A DNA stretch of 62,557 nucleotides, filler included, from 9 parts of 9 records of this genome joined end to end with filler, not necessarily neighbours in it; one strand, 5' to 3'. Positions 20,934-32,947 are shown, counted from the first letter of the whole stretch. Made by a program: numbers and translations. The notes: generated from the sequence alone by a model not told the origin.

Positions 20934-21863
20934 ATGATGAAAAATTTTTTACTGTTGCTGATAGTTCCTGCACTTTTTTTCGCTTGTAGTAACGATGAGA
21001 AGTTAGAGCGCAAGTGGAGAGTTATTGATGAACAGGTCTATAAACCGAACATTGACCATTCCAGGATCTTTGATTCTCTTGATGAACTTGAAAAGCTCAT
21101 CTATGCTCCTTTATCCTATTTTCAGACTGAGTTTGAAGTAGTGTCATTTATTCAGGATTTTGAATACATGACAAGTACTGTGGTTGATGAGAAGGATAGA
21201 GAGTTAAAATTAAGTGAGACTGTGGGATATTTCTCTGAAAAAGAAGGCGACTTTAAACTTGTCTATAAAAATAACAAGAACGAAGGCTGGGATATGATAT
21301 GGAAGGAAAACTTTCTTTATCGTAGACAGTTTGGTGGTGAGTTTACAAAAACTTTCAGTATGGGTGAACATCGTTATTTAAGAGAGCTCCTTTTTTCAGA
21401 GATCCCTGATGTTTATACTGTGCTTAGAGATCACGCTAAAATTGAGTCTTCAAAAGCAGTGACTCGATCAGGAATTGAAGGACATGAGGTGATGATCAGC
21501 TTTTCAGATAGCAAAGCGAAAAGAAAACCTCTTGCTGAAAAGTCCTATCTTCAGAATTTCCAAGGAACACAGGAGATGAAGGATGACAATCTTCTTTCTG
21601 AGCTTGGGAAGAAGAAAATGACAGATATTAAAGGTAAGTTTAAGATATTTCTTGATAAGGACAACGTTCCTTTAAAGATGGACATTAATCTAAGTTTTAA
21701 ACTTAGTAAGGAAGACATTGAATTTAAGATCACGGGAAACAGGAATCTATCAGATAAAACATCAGAAAAGATCGAAGTTCCCGTCTATAATGAAGAGTAT
21801 CACAGAAGAACTCTGGATGCTGCAGTAAACATAATGAAAGGGATAAAAAATGACAAAAAATGA
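20934..21863 (+). CDS. Hypothetical lipoprotein
   Basis: Lipobox-like FFAC after a hydrophobic stretch; overlaps the rsfS start. Confidence 0.7.
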   Translation: MMKNFLLLLIVPALFFACSNDEKLERKWRVIDEQVYKPNIDHSRIFDSLDELEKLIYAPLSYFQTEFEVVSFIQDFEYMTSTVVDEKDRELKLSETVGYFSEKEGDFKLVYKNNKNEGWDMIWKENFLYRRQFGGEFTKTFSMGEHRYLRELLFSEIPDVYTVLRDHAKIESSKAVTRSGIEGHEVMISFSDSKAKRKPLAEKSYLQNFQGTQEMKDDNLLSELGKKKMTDIKGKFKIFLDKDNVPLKMDINLSFKLSKEDIEFKITGNRNLSDKTSEKIEVPVYNEEYHRRTLDAAVNIMKGIKNDKK

Positions 21864-22206
21864 ACACAGAAAACTCAAAACGATAGTTGAAGTCCTCAAC
21901 GACAAAAAGGGAATAAATCTAATGGCTTTTGATGTTGATGAACAGTCCGGATATACTGATTATATGATATTTGTTACCGGTACAAGTATTCAGCATAATA
22001 AAACAATGAGCGATGCTGTTGCAAGAGCTCTTAAGACTGATGGTTTTTCAAGACCGATCCAGGAAGGTGATAAGAACTCAAAGTGGATACTTATTGATTC
22101 CGGCGATGTTGTTGTAAATGTCATGCTTGACGAAATAAGACATTACTATGATCTTGAAACTCTCTGGACTGAATGTGAAAAAGTTGATCTAACCGTTCTG
22201 GATTAA
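21850..22206 (+). CDS. rsfS: Ribosome silencing factor
   Basis: DKKG, WILIDSGDVVV, YYDLETLW; lies upstream of rlmH. Confidence 0.93.
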   Translation: MTKNEHRKLKTIVEVLNDKKGINLMAFDVDEQSGYTDYMIFVTGTSIQHNKTMSDAVARALKTDGFSRPIQEGDKNSKWILIDSGDVVVNVMLDEIRHYYDLETLWTECEKVDLTVLD

Positions 22207-22643
22207 TGAAAATATCTCTATTAGTTGTTGGAAAGCTTAAGAAAAACGGCGGATTTTCACAAATGGATGAATTCTACCGTAAAAGAGTAAAGATCTATTC
22301 AAATCTCGATGTTATTGAACTAAAAGAAAAGCAGAATATAAAGGATCAGACGGAGACAATAAAAAAAAGTATTCCTGCAAATTCCTATGTTGTTGCACTT
22401 CGCGAAGAAGGAAAGAAGCTTGATTCAATGAAATTCTCAGCACTTCTTCAAAAAGCATCTGAGTCAAAAGGACATATCTGTTTCGTAATAGGCGGTTCTT
22501 ACGGTTTTGAGGACATAGGAGAGGATCTCGCGCTCTCAATTGCACCTTGGACACTTCCGCATCAACTTGCACGAGTTAATATCCTGGAACAGATCTATCG
22601 CGGTCTTTCGATCCAAAAAGGTTCTAATTATCATCACGGTTAG
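22206..22643 (+). CDS. rlmH: 23S rRNA m3-pseudouridine-1915 methyltransferase
   Basis: VGKLK, FVIGGSYG, TLPHQLAR, EQIYR, YHH. Confidence 0.94.
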   Translation: MKISLLVVGKLKKNGGFSQMDEFYRKRVKIYSNLDVIELKEKQNIKDQTETIKKSIPANSYVVALREEGKKLDSMKFSALLQKASESKGHICFVIGGSYGFEDIGEDLALSIAPWTLPHQLARVNILEQIYRGLSIQKGSNYHHG

Positions 22644-23494
22644 AAATTCTTCTGCATAGAAATAAGCAGTTCACGAATGATTTTTGCAGCAAATGCTACA
22701 GATATTTTTGAAGGGTCAAGGTCTGGAGCAAGTTCAACAATATCAGCTCCGATGATACGGCAATTTTTTTCGTCAATAACTTTTAGGAAGTTCATGAGAT
22801 CGTGGAAGGATGCGCCACCAGCTTCAGGAGTTCCTGTTCCAGGCACAAAACTTGGATCAAAGTAATCCATATCAAGTGAAATATAGATAATTTCACCTTC
22901 CTCAAGTGCGTCTGCAACATCTTCAAGATTAACTGCAGGAATAATTCTATGATCTGTCTGTCGAAGCTCGAACTCTTCTTTTGTTCCGCTTCTGATACCA
23001 AGCTGAATGAGTTTTTCAAGTCCTTCATCAAGGCAAAGTTTCATGACAGAAGCATGACTTAGCTTATCTCCTGCATATCCATCACGAAGATCAGCGTGAG
23101 CATCAAGATGTATCATTGTAAATTCCGGATAAGATTCCTTATGTGCAAGAAAAAGAGGATAGGTTATAAGGTGCTCTCCACCAATAGAAACAACGCGTTT
23201 GCCAAGCTCAATGTGGGAAGAAACAGCATCTTTAACAGTTTCGACCATCAGTGCCGGATCTCCAACCATGATATCAAGATCACCAACATCACAAAAAGGC
23301 ACATCATCAAGACTCTTTTTCTGATAAAATGAAAATTCCTCAATAGCTTCGTAAGCATAACTTCTAAGTTCGCGCGGACCGAAACGACTTCCTGCACGAA
23401 AGGACGAAGTACAGTCGTAAGGAATGCCGGCAACAATAATTTCGGCATCATCAGCACTGTCTCTTGAAGAGATGAACCGTGGAATCTTAAACAT
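22640..23494 (-). CDS. speB: Agmatinase
   Basis: GGEH, DAHAD, DMDYFDPS, PGTGTPE. Confidence 0.9.
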   Translation of the reverse strand: MFKIPRFISSRDSADDAEIIVAGIPYDCTSSFRAGSRFGPRELRSYAYEAIEEFSFYQKKSLDDVPFCDVGDLDIMVGDPALMVETVKDAVSSHIELGKRVVSIGGEHLITYPLFLAHKESYPEFTMIHLDAHADLRDGYAGDKLSHASVMKLCLDEGLEKLIQLGIRSGTKEEFELRQTDHRIIPAVNLEDVADALEEGEIIYISLDMDYFDPSFVPGTGTPEAGGASFHDLMNFLKVIDEKNCRIIGADIVELAPDLDPSKISVAFAAKIIRELLISMQKNF

Positions 23495-23631
23495 CTGTAT
23501 CTCCTGATTAATTAACACATCATGGAAAAATACGATTGAGTGGGCTAAAAAGCAAGAATTATTGATTTCCATAAAAATCTTTCACAATTCTCCTTAAATA
23601 GTAACATAGTTTGAACTTTTTGAGGTTTGTG

Positions 23632-24984
23632 ATGTTTTTACCGATGACGCGCATTGAAATGAAAAAGCTTGGATGGAATGAGCTTGATGTAATTCTTGTT
23701 ACTGGTGATGCCTACATAGATTCATATTTTGACGGAACCGCGGTAATTGGTAAGCATCTGATAAAACACGGGTTTAAGGTTGGTGTTGTAAGTCAGCCTG
23801 ATATAGGATCCGATGTAGATATCCTTAGTCTTGGTGAGCCTGAACTTTTCTGGGGCGTGAGCGCCGGGATCATGGATTCCATGGTTGCAAATTACACAGC
23901 TTCAGGACTTAAAAGAAAAAAAGATGACCTGACTCCGGGCGGAATTAATAACAGTAGGCCGGACCGTGCAGTTTTAAAATATACAAACCTGATAAAGAGA
24001 TTTTCAAAAGAGAAAAAACCCGTTGTTCTTGGCGGAGTTGAAGCATCTCTACGTCGTTTTGCTCACTATGATTTTAAGACTGACAAGATAAGAGGTTCAA
24101 TTCTAGCTGATTCAAAGGCTGATATGCTTGTTTTCGGAATGGGTGAAAAAACGATCCTTAATATTGCCAATGCTTTAAAGAGTGATCTGGATACAAGACT
24201 AGACGGAACTTGTTATCTTACAAATGAAAGACCTGAAACGGGTGATGAACTTCCGACTTTTGAAGAGTCTAAAAGCGACAAAAACGCCTTTGTTAAGATG
24301 ACAAAGATCTTTATGCAATCAATGAGAGAACGCAAGACTGTCTTCCAGAAAATGGGCCAACGTTATGTTGTCCAAAACCCTCCCTCAGAGCATTTTACCA
24401 CTGAAGAGTTGGATGATATCCACGAAATGGATTTTGAGCGTGCAGTGCATCCAGACTGTCTTAAAAAGGGTGAGGTGAGGGCGATTGAGACCATTAGAAA
24501 CTCAGTTGTTACCCATAGAGGCTGTTTCGGGACATGTTCTTTCTGTTCAATTGCAGCTCATCAGGGAAGTGAAGTTATTTCCAGAAGTGAGGGATCCATA
24601 CTTCGAGAAATTAAGAAACTCGCATCAAAAAAGGGATTTAACGGTGTGATCTCTGATCTTGGAGGACCGACTTCAAATATGTATGGAATGGATTTTATCC
24701 GGGCACAAAAAGGGCACTGTGTTTCAAGAGACTGTCTATATCCTGATGTTTGTAAAAAAGTTGCGCCGGATCATTCAAAACAGTTGTCGCTCCTTAGAAA
24801 AGTTCGTCAGATAAAGGGAATTAAAAGAGTTTTCCTTTCTTCTGGCATAAGATATGACCTTATAGTTGCCGATAAAAAGCACGGCATGAAATATCTTGAA
24901 GAAATTGTAACACATCACATCTCCGGGCAGATGAAAATTGCTCCTGAGCACACCGAGCCTCAAATATTAAGTCTGATGAAAAAG
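23632..24984 (+). CDS. YgiQ (UPF0313) family radical SAM protein, 3'-truncated
   Basis: MFLPMT, GDAYID, RGCFGTCSFC, DLGGPT, KIAPEH. Confidence 0.92.
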
Positions 24985-25195
24985 NNNNNNNNNNNNNNNN
25001 NNNNNNNNNNNNNNNNNNNNNNNNNNNNTTAATTAATTAANNNNNNNNNNNNNNNNNNNNNNNNNNNNNNNNNNNNNNNNNNNNACAATATTGTGCCATT
25101 ATTTTTGCAGTTCACTTAATTATAACACAACTTAAGTATAAGTAAAGATAAATTATTATTATAATTTCTTATGTTTTACTTTCTTAAATCATAGT

Positions 25196-25222
25196 AAAAA
25201 CTCCCGAAATACAGGAGTTTTT
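25196..25222. terminator. Intrinsic terminator
   Basis: AAAAACTCC-loop-GGAGTTTTT downstream of speD. Confidence 0.7.
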
Positions 25223-25266
25223 TATATTAACTTTTTATTTTTTTACTCTTATCAAGATTAGATAAA

Positions 25267-25683
25267 TTAGCAATTATCTGGTTTAAATTTAACTTCTCCA
25301 AGTTCTTTGCTTGCAAATCTCTTGATTTTACCAGTCATACCTCTTGGTATCTCTACAGATTCACTTCTTTCAGCCTTTAGCATATCTTCCAGATGATCAA
25401 AACCTAACCAAGGATTCACTGTATCTCCACAAGTAAATACATCTACTGCAGCATATCCATATTCAGGCCATGTATGAATCGTTAAATGTGATTCTGAAAT
25501 AATAACAGCTCCACTTACTCCCCATGGGTTAAAGTGATGAAATACACTATTAACAATAGTAGCTCCTGCTTTTTCAGCAGCTTCATTCATATATTTTTCT
25601 ACCAATTTATGATCCTTTAAAATATTCTCATCACAATTATAATACTCAACTAAAATATGTCTCCCTAAAGTATCAAATTTCAT
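25267..25683 (-). CDS. speD: S-adenosylmethionine decarboxylase proenzyme
   Basis: SESH pyruvoyl cleavage site, HTWPE, DVFTCG. Confidence 0.93.
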   Translation of the reverse strand: MKFDTLGRHILVEYYNCDENILKDHKLVEKYMNEAAEKAGATIVNSVFHHFNPWGVSGAVIISESHLTIHTWPEYGYAAVDVFTCGDTVNPWLGFDHLEDMLKAERSESVEIPRGMTGKIKRFASKELGEVKFKPDNC

Positions 25684-25706
25684 GCTTCCTCCTTAGTTGT
25701 TTTACT

Positions 25707-27155
25707 TTATTTTTTTAAAACTTTTATATAATTTACTTCCGAGTCTTCTGCTCCGTTAAATATCGCATCCTGTGTTTTCAGGAACTCAATATAAGTAATC
25801 ATTTTCTCAGTTACTCTTTCACCAGGTGCAACTATTGGAATCCCCGGTGGATATACCATTATTGATTCTCCACTTACTCTGTCTGCAGCTTCTTCCAGTT
25901 TCAGCATCTCAGTCTCTGAATAAAATGCTTTTCTTGGTGAGATAACTACTTCGGGATTTTTAAGTTGTGGATGTTCAACGACATGTTTTACACCTTTATA
26001 TTTTTTGGCTATATCTCTAAACGCTTCAACTAGAGCATCAAGGTGTTCCTTCGTATCACCTATACTGACTATACCCATTATATTATCAGCATCTGCTAAT
26101 TCAACCTGAATCTTATAATCCTCACGAAGAATATCATATACCTCAAATCCACTTAAACCTAATTTAGTTACGTTTACTGTTAATTTTGTTTCGTCAAAAT
26201 CCGGTGTTCCTGTATCATCAATGATCTCTTTTCCAAAAGCATAGATATTATCTATTTCATTCAATTTTTTTCTTGTTTCTTTTAAGTATGCCAGTATTTC
26301 ACTAAATCTTTGTTTACCGTTTAATACTAGATTTTTTCTGGCAACATCTAAGCTTGACATTAAAAGATATGACGCACTGGTTGATTGCGTTAAGTTTAAT
26401 ATTTTTTTTACTTTATTTTTTTTGATAAGTCCTTCATTCATTAAAAGTACAGAACTCTGTGTAAGAGAACCTCCTGTTTTATGAAGACTGACAGCTGCCA
26501 TATCAGCACCAAGAGTTGTCCCGTTTTCCGGAAACTCATCATGAAAATTAAAATGTGCTCCATGAGCTTCATCAACTAAAACTGCTATTCCTTTTGAATG
26601 AGCAAAATTGATAATCTCCTTTAATTCAGATACAGCTCCATAATAATTAGGATTAAGTATAAAAATTGCTTTCGCATCAGGGTGCTCTGCAACGGCATTT
26701 TTAATCGAATCTAGAGAAACTCCCATAGTTATTCCTAGATTCGGCTTTATATCAGGCTGAATATATACAGGAACCGCAGAACATAAAATTAAAGCGTTAA
26801 GTGCACTTTTATGAGCATTTCTTGGTAAAATAATCTTATCTCCGGGATTACAGCAACTCATAACCATTGCCTGAACACCTGATGTGGTACCATTTACAAG
26901 AAAAAAAGCATGTTCGGCGTTAAAAGCTTCAGCCATTAACTCTTCAGCTTCTTTTATTACACTAATTGGATTGCTTAAATTATCAAGCTGTTTCATCGAA
27001 TTTACGTCTACTTCCATCATAGTTTTACCAAAATAGTCAGTAAATTCAGAAAGTGCTCTTCCTCTTTTATGACCGGGAACATCAAATGGAATTATATTTT
27101 CATTTTTAAACTCTTTTAGCGCTGTAAACAGCGGTGTCTTATTCTGTTTTGACAC
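25707..27155 (-). CDS. PLP-dependent arginine/lysine/ornithine decarboxylase
   Basis: DVPGHK, NGTT, DEAHGAH, SLHKT (PLP lysine), YPPGIP; upstream of speD. Confidence 0.9.
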   Translation of the reverse strand: MSKQNKTPLFTALKEFKNENIIPFDVPGHKRGRALSEFTDYFGKTMMEVDVNSMKQLDNLSNPISVIKEAEELMAEAFNAEHAFFLVNGTTSGVQAMVMSCCNPGDKIILPRNAHKSALNALILCSAVPVYIQPDIKPNLGITMGVSLDSIKNAVAEHPDAKAIFILNPNYYGAVSELKEIINFAHSKGIAVLVDEAHGAHFNFHDEFPENGTTLGADMAAVSLHKTGGSLTQSSVLLMNEGLIKKNKVKKILNLTQSTSASYLLMSSLDVARKNLVLNGKQRFSEILAYLKETRKKLNEIDNIYAFGKEIIDDTGTPDFDETKLTVNVTKLGLSGFEVYDILREDYKIQVELADADNIMGIVSIGDTKEHLDALVEAFRDIAKKYKGVKHVVEHPQLKNPEVVISPRKAFYSETEMLKLEEAADRVSGESIMVYPPGIPIVAPGERVTEKMITYIEFLKTQDAIFNGAEDSEVNYIKVLKK

Positions 27156-27313
27156 TACACATCGTTTCCTTTCTTTAAAAAACTACAATATATTAAAAAA
27201 CTCAAAAATCAGTATTTTATAAATTATTAATTTACTATTACTAAACAAAGTGTGAAAAAATTAAGAAAGTTTAGTAATACTAACTTCCTAGTTTAATTTT
27301 ACACGACAGCTAT

Positions 27314-27342
27314 AATGTACAATATTTTTTTATCTCAGTCAA
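27314..27342 (-). promoter_or_regulatory. Putative sigma70 promoter of the decarboxylase-speD operon
   Basis: TTGACT, 17 bp, TACATT on the minus strand. Confidence 0.55.
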
Positions 27343-27606
27343 TATTTTTTTCAACTAAATTATAGTTAACTGCTTAAATTTTTACATCATCAATTTGGAA
27401 TAGGGCGTTCCAATCAAATAATTTTACCATGACTCAACGATAGTATTGCATAACACTATATATTAGATTTATTAGTTCACTTTATATTAAATATTAAAAA
27501 ATTAATTTTAATGTATACTAATCTCTTTTTTCATCACATTAAAAGGAAAAAGAAAAAATCATTGTATAACTAAAATAACAAACCTAAGTTTGAAAGGAGT
27601 ATAAAT

Positions 27607-28815
27607 ATGAAAACATATATTCTAACTTTAATATTGATTTTATTTAATTTAAGTTATTCAAATAGTGATTTTTATAATATATATATCAGTGCCGATAGAA
27701 CAGGGGCAAAAGAATCAGGTATTGCTATTGAGCAAGGTGTTCGTACTGCATTGTCAGAAGTTAATTATATGATTAATAATAAAGCTGTTAAACTTGTGAT
27801 TTTGGATCACAGAGGTAGCACTCCTAGATCGAATAATCATCTTAAAAAGTATCTTAAAGATGAAAATGCACTTGTGATTTTTTCAGGTTTACACTCTCCA
27901 CCTCTACTAGCTGCAAGAGATTTTATTAATGAAAATAAAATCCTTATGCTTGATCCCTGGGCAGCAGCTGGTCCGATAACAAGATATCCATCTGAAAACA
28001 ACTGGATATTCAGACTCTCTATCGATGATACAAAGGCTGGAGCTGTCATTAGTAATTTTGCTATAAAAGAGGGGTTCAAAAAGCCATATTTAATCCTTGA
28101 AAATACCGGTTGGGGAAAATCAAATAATAAAACTATGACTGTAGCCTTAGATAAACTTGGAATTAGCTTGGCCGGTAGTGAAGTTTTTAATTGGGGAATC
28201 GGACTTAACCAAGCAAAAGTAATACTTCGAAGAGCAAAAGCAAGTGAAGCAGATGTTATATTCTTTGTTGGGAATTCACCTGAAGGAAAAGTATTCTTAA
28301 AAGGCTTAAGTGAATTAAATAAATCTGAAAGATTACCTGTAAGGAGTCACTGGGGAATAACCGGAGGGGACTTTGCCATAATTATAAATAAAGAGATTAG
28401 AGAAAAACTTGATCTAAAGTTTCTTCAAACTTCATTTTCATTTATGGATCGCCCTCTATCACCGTTTGCAAAGCAAGTATTCGATAGAGCAAAACTCAAC
28501 TTCCCACATGAAATCAAAATGATAAATGACATCAAAGCTCCCACAGGATTTATTCACGCTTATGACTTAACAAAAATATTCCTACAAGCAATTAATCAAG
28601 CAAAATTAACAGGAGTAGCGGTAAAAGATAGAGAAATACTGCGGTCAGAATTAGAAAATATTAATACCCCCGTTAAGGGTTTAATAAAAGTATATAATAG
28701 ACCTTTTACAAAATTTTCAGCAAATAATATAGATGCACATGAGGCATTATCAGCTGAAGATTTTAAAATGGCTGAATATGGTGATAATAACGAAATTTTT
28801 TTAATTAAAGAGTGA
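27607..28815 (+). CDS. Type 1 (LIV-like) periplasmic ligand-binding protein
   Basis: Signal peptide, LDHRG, GLHSPP, WIFRLS, AYD. Confidence 0.85.
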   Translation: MKTYILTLILILFNLSYSNSDFYNIYISADRTGAKESGIAIEQGVRTALSEVNYMINNKAVKLVILDHRGSTPRSNNHLKKYLKDENALVIFSGLHSPPLLAARDFINENKILMLDPWAAAGPITRYPSENNWIFRLSIDDTKAGAVISNFAIKEGFKKPYLILENTGWGKSNNKTMTVALDKLGISLAGSEVFNWGIGLNQAKVILRRAKASEADVIFFVGNSPEGKVFLKGLSELNKSERLPVRSHWGITGGDFAIIINKEIREKLDLKFLQTSFSFMDRPLSPFAKQVFDRAKLNFPHEIKMINDIKAPTGFIHAYDLTKIFLQAINQAKLTGVAVKDREILRSELENINTPVKGLIKVYNRPFTKFSANNIDAHEALSAEDFKMAEYGDNNEIFLIKE

Positions 28816-28826
28816 GGTGTCTAATT

Positions 28827-30611
28827 ATGTTTACTCGTAAAAAACTATCACTTTCAAAACATACAACATATTTGATTTTTGCATTTATAATTGTACTAGG
28901 TACTTTAGTTATAATTGCTCTTTCCTTTCAAATTAATAAGGAAATATGGAAGTCACAGGAAATATATTTCCAAAGAGAAGATGAAATCAAAAAAAGTAGT
29001 ATTTATTCATATCTTGACACAAGAAAAACTGTCTTATGTGATTTTGCGGCTTTTCCTATAGTAACCCAAGCTGTTATGCAGCCAAATACAAATATTGCAA
29101 ATATTAAAGATTTTCTTAGAGAGTTATCAATTTTAAATGAAACGCACAAATTTGCATTACTTGATTTTGAAGGAAACATAATTGCAACAAACAATGGAGT
29201 TCCAGATATAGAATACAAAGACAAATCATGGGTTCATTCATTAGTAGATGGTAACTTAACTGAATATATAAATTTATTCCAGGATGAGGGTAAATACTAC
29301 TGGAGGATTGCTAGCCCAGTACTATACAATACCCTTCCAGAAGGCGTTATTATTATGGAATTTCCTTTTGAACAGTTTTTGAAGGAAAAAAATGAAAATT
29401 CCTATATCGGTTTAAAAGAAATTTATATTTATAAAAATAAGAAGATTTATTCTATTGGAAATGTAAGTAATGGAAAAAAAAGACGAATACAACTTAAGAA
29501 TTTTGATTTAACAATTGAAATGACTTACGATAGTAAAAATACTGAAGAAGGCATAAAGCGGTTAATTGGGGAAGTTTTTATAATAATGACGCTGATCTCT
29601 TTAATAGGAGTTTTTCTCCTCCTATATTTCTTGCGGAAGTTTGTTATTAAACCAATCACTGAGCTTACAAATACAACTAAACTTATGGCCAATGGTGAGT
29701 ATGAAATTGATTTTGATACAAAACATAATATTTTAGAAATAAGTGATCTCTGGGAAAATTTCAATAAAATGGTTCAAGTAGTTAAAAACAGGGAATCCAT
29801 TCTTACCAAAAGAAAGAAAAAAGCAATAAGAAAAAATACACTTTTACATTGTACACTTGAGCAACTAAAATCAACTCAAGCTCAACTTCTACAGCAAGAA
29901 AAATTAGCATCAATTGGTCAACTTGCAGCTGGTGTAGCTCATGAATTAAATAATCCACTTGGTTTCGTAAATGGTAATTTTACCGTACTAAAGGACTACA
30001 TTGTGATTATGAACGATTATATTAAACTTAATGAAGAACTCGTAGAAGAACATCTTGAACAACATAAAGAAATGATTGATGAGTTTAAAACTTCTAATGA
30101 TTTCGAATTTATTATGGATGATTTAAGTTTACTATTTGAAGAATCTGAAGAGGGAATAGAACGAGCTATAAATATAGTTAAAAATTTAAAAGATTTTTCG
30201 CGAATTGATAGTGAGAAAAAATCACAGTATGACATGAATAAGGGAATTGAAAATACTCTAAATGTTGCACGAAACGAGTATCAATATGTAGCTGATATTG
30301 AGAAAAATCTGGAAGATTTGCCTATCATTGAAGCTAATGGTGGAGAGATTAATCAGGTTATTCTAAATATCATTGTTAATGCTGCACAGGCAATCAAAGA
30401 GTTGAATTCAAGTGAGAAAAAAATAATATCAATTAAGACATTTAAAGATGAGAAATATGTCCACTGCGAAATAAAGGATAATGGTCCGGGTATGAATGAC
30501 GTAATTATGAAAAAAGTATTTGATCCTTTTTTTACAACTAAGGGCGTTGGAAAAGGAACTGGTTTGGGGCTCAATATTTCATATAATATCATAGTAAAAA
30601 AACATAAAGGT
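28827..30611 (+). CDS. HAMP sensor histidine kinase (NtrB-like), 3'-truncated
   Basis: Two TM segments, HAMP, QEKLASIGQLAAGVAHELNNP, DPFFTTK, GTGLGL. Confidence 0.92.
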
Positions 30612-30711
30612 NNNNNNNNNNNNNNNNNNNNNNNNNNNNNNNNNNNNNNNNNNNNTTAATTAATTAANNNNNNNNNNNNNNNNNNNNNNNNNNNNNNNNN
30701 NNNNNNNNNNN

Positions 30712-32715
30712 ATGGATCAGCCCGGCATGGGGAACGATGGAGACGCAGAGGCTGTCCACCTCGGGGGCGGAGAGGAGGATATCGATGCACTGGGCGAAGA
30801 TCTGGTCCGAGACCATGGGGGTCAGGTCCAGGAGGGGTTCCACCGTGACAAAGCCCGGCAGAATGGCCCTCAGACTTTCGGCGGTCTCGTCTGAGAGCTC
30901 GCAGAGCTCCAGGGAGCCCAGGTTGTCTGCGGCGTTTGCCTTCTCGTAGCCGGCGTTGGTGATCACAGCGGTGCGCCGCCCCCTCACCTCTTTCGCGTCC
31001 AGCATGGCGAAGGTCTTGATCAGCCCCAGATGATCCTCGATGGTGTCCGCCACGATCAGCCCCGCCTGCTTCATGGCCGCCTTGGCTACGGCGTACTCTC
31101 CGGCCAGGCTGGCCGTATGGCTCTGGGTGGCCAGCCGCCCCGCCTCGGTCCGCCCCGCCTTGTAGACCACGATGGGCAGCTCCAGCTTCCGGGATGAGTC
31201 GAAGAACCTCCGCCCCGCTCCGGGCTTGAAGCCCTCGATGTAGACGCCCATCACCTTGATATCCGCATCGTCCCGGAAGTAGTTCACCAGGTCGCCGGGA
31301 TCCACATCCAGCTGATTGCCGTAGGAGACAACCACCTGGGGGCTCACCGAGTTGCGCAGATTGGAGAGCTCCACCAGCCCCAGGGCGCCGCTCTGGGAGA
31401 AGAGGGCGATGCTCTTCTGTCTGGAGAGGTTCAGCTTGAACTTGTTCTCAGGGATGAAGAAGGTATTGACCCCGGGCTCGCCCTTGTGACCGGCGAAGAC
31501 CACTCCCAGGCAGTTGGGACCCATCACGCGGATGCCCTTACTGAAGGCGACGGCCTTTATCTCCTCTTCCAGCCCCTGGTTCTTCGAGGTCTCCGAAAAG
31601 CCTCCGGGGATCAACAGCAGGGCCTTTACCCCCAACCCGGCGGCCTCTTCCACCACCGGCAGGGTGTGCTCGGCCGGCACGGTGACCACCACCAGATCCA
31701 CGGGCCCGGGAAGGTCCTTCAGGGAGCTGTAGAGGGGACAGGCCTTCCCCTCTACCTCAAGCTCCCCCCCTTTGGGATTCAGGGCGTAGACATCGTCCCG
31801 CCCCAGGCGGGCCAGATTCCCCAGGATCACGTTTCCCGCCTTGGTCCCGTCCGTAGAGCTGACCCCCACCACGGCAATGCCTTTGGGCTTGAAAAAGGCG
31901 CTCAGATTCTCCTCGTTTTTCTTCGGATCCTTCCAGAAGCATGTCTCTTTCCTGTCGAATATGGCGTAGCCGTCCAGGGCGATCATATTCCGGTCCGGAT
32001 CGAAGACGAAGGGATTGACCTCGAACTCCTTCAGGACGTAGTCCGAGCCGCTCTCGAAGAACTGGCTGAAGCTCGCGGCCAGGCGGCTCAGTTTCTCGGC
32101 GTTCTCGATAACCCTGTCTATCAGATCTTCCTTGTTCTGCTGGATAAACTTTTTCCTGATATCCGTGGTGGAGAGAAGGACCTCCGCCCACTCCCTGTTC
32201 ACAGGCGCCAGCATCAGATTGGGAGAGGAGAAATGGCTGGCGAAGTGCTCGGCGTCGCTCCCCCCCTTGCTGAAGGAGATGACCGGACCGAAGGTCTCGC
32301 TCTCCCGAAAGCCCAGAAGGGTCTCGTTCCCCAGCTCGGGAGAGTACTCGACGAAGGAGACCATCATGATCCCCTCCACGGGGAAGCCCTGATCCGCAAA
32401 GGCGGCCTTCATCCTCTCGAAAGAGTACTTCAGGAAGTCCAGGTCCTTATGGAGGACCTTAACCCCGCCCAGCTTCTCCTTGTGGGCCACCTCGGGGCTG
32501 ACCACCTTGAGGACGACCCTGCTGCTGCCGAATCGGGCCAGCATATCCCTGGTTATCTGTTCGGGATCGGTAATGAACTCCCACACCGGCGTCCGGATAT
32601 CCATGGCCGACAGAATCCGATAGACCTCGAACTCATAGAGCTGCCTGCGCCCCGCCTCATAGGCCCCTTTCAGTACCTTCTCTACTTCAGATTCCCAGCT
32701 CTTCATCATGGACAC
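30712..32715 (-). CDS. ADP-forming acetate/acyl-CoA ligase (ATP-grasp N-terminal fusion), 3'-truncated
   Basis: HKEKLGGV, EVNP, GPNCLG, SQSGA, SHT phospho-His. Confidence 0.88.
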
Positions 32716-32812
32716 GGCGGCCTCCCTTACTCAGAAAAAAAATATATGGACCTTCATTCTAGATTAGTTTCTTTAATTAAACGAGTAAAAGAGAAAAAAA
32801 GGATAATTAGAA

Positions 32813-32870
32813 TTCCAATATTTAGCCCCATTTTAAAACCAGAGCACTTTGGAGCCACCATATATAGCGC
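32813..32870 (+). promoter_or_regulatory. Two putative NrdR boxes
   Basis: TTCCAATATTTAGCCC and CCACCATATATAGCGC, 42 bp apart, upstream of nrdA; both resemble acaCwAtATaTwGtg. Confidence 0.5.
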
Positions 32871-32947
32871 ATTTCACCCTCTTTAGGTCTTGCATATTTC
32901 ACTAATAGTAATAATAATTATTATCAGTTTAATGAGAGAGGGAGATA

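Noticed and set aside
22640-27155. speB, speD and the decarboxylase as one polyamine cluster
   Set aside because: They lie on different contigs separated by a spacer.
27452-27468. NrdR-box-like ACACTATATATTAG
   Set aside because: Single copy in very AT-rich DNA with no nucleotide-reduction gene nearby.
31486-32886. 466-aa plus-strand ORF
   Set aside because: Antisense shadow of the acyl-CoA ligase in GC-rich DNA; no motifs.
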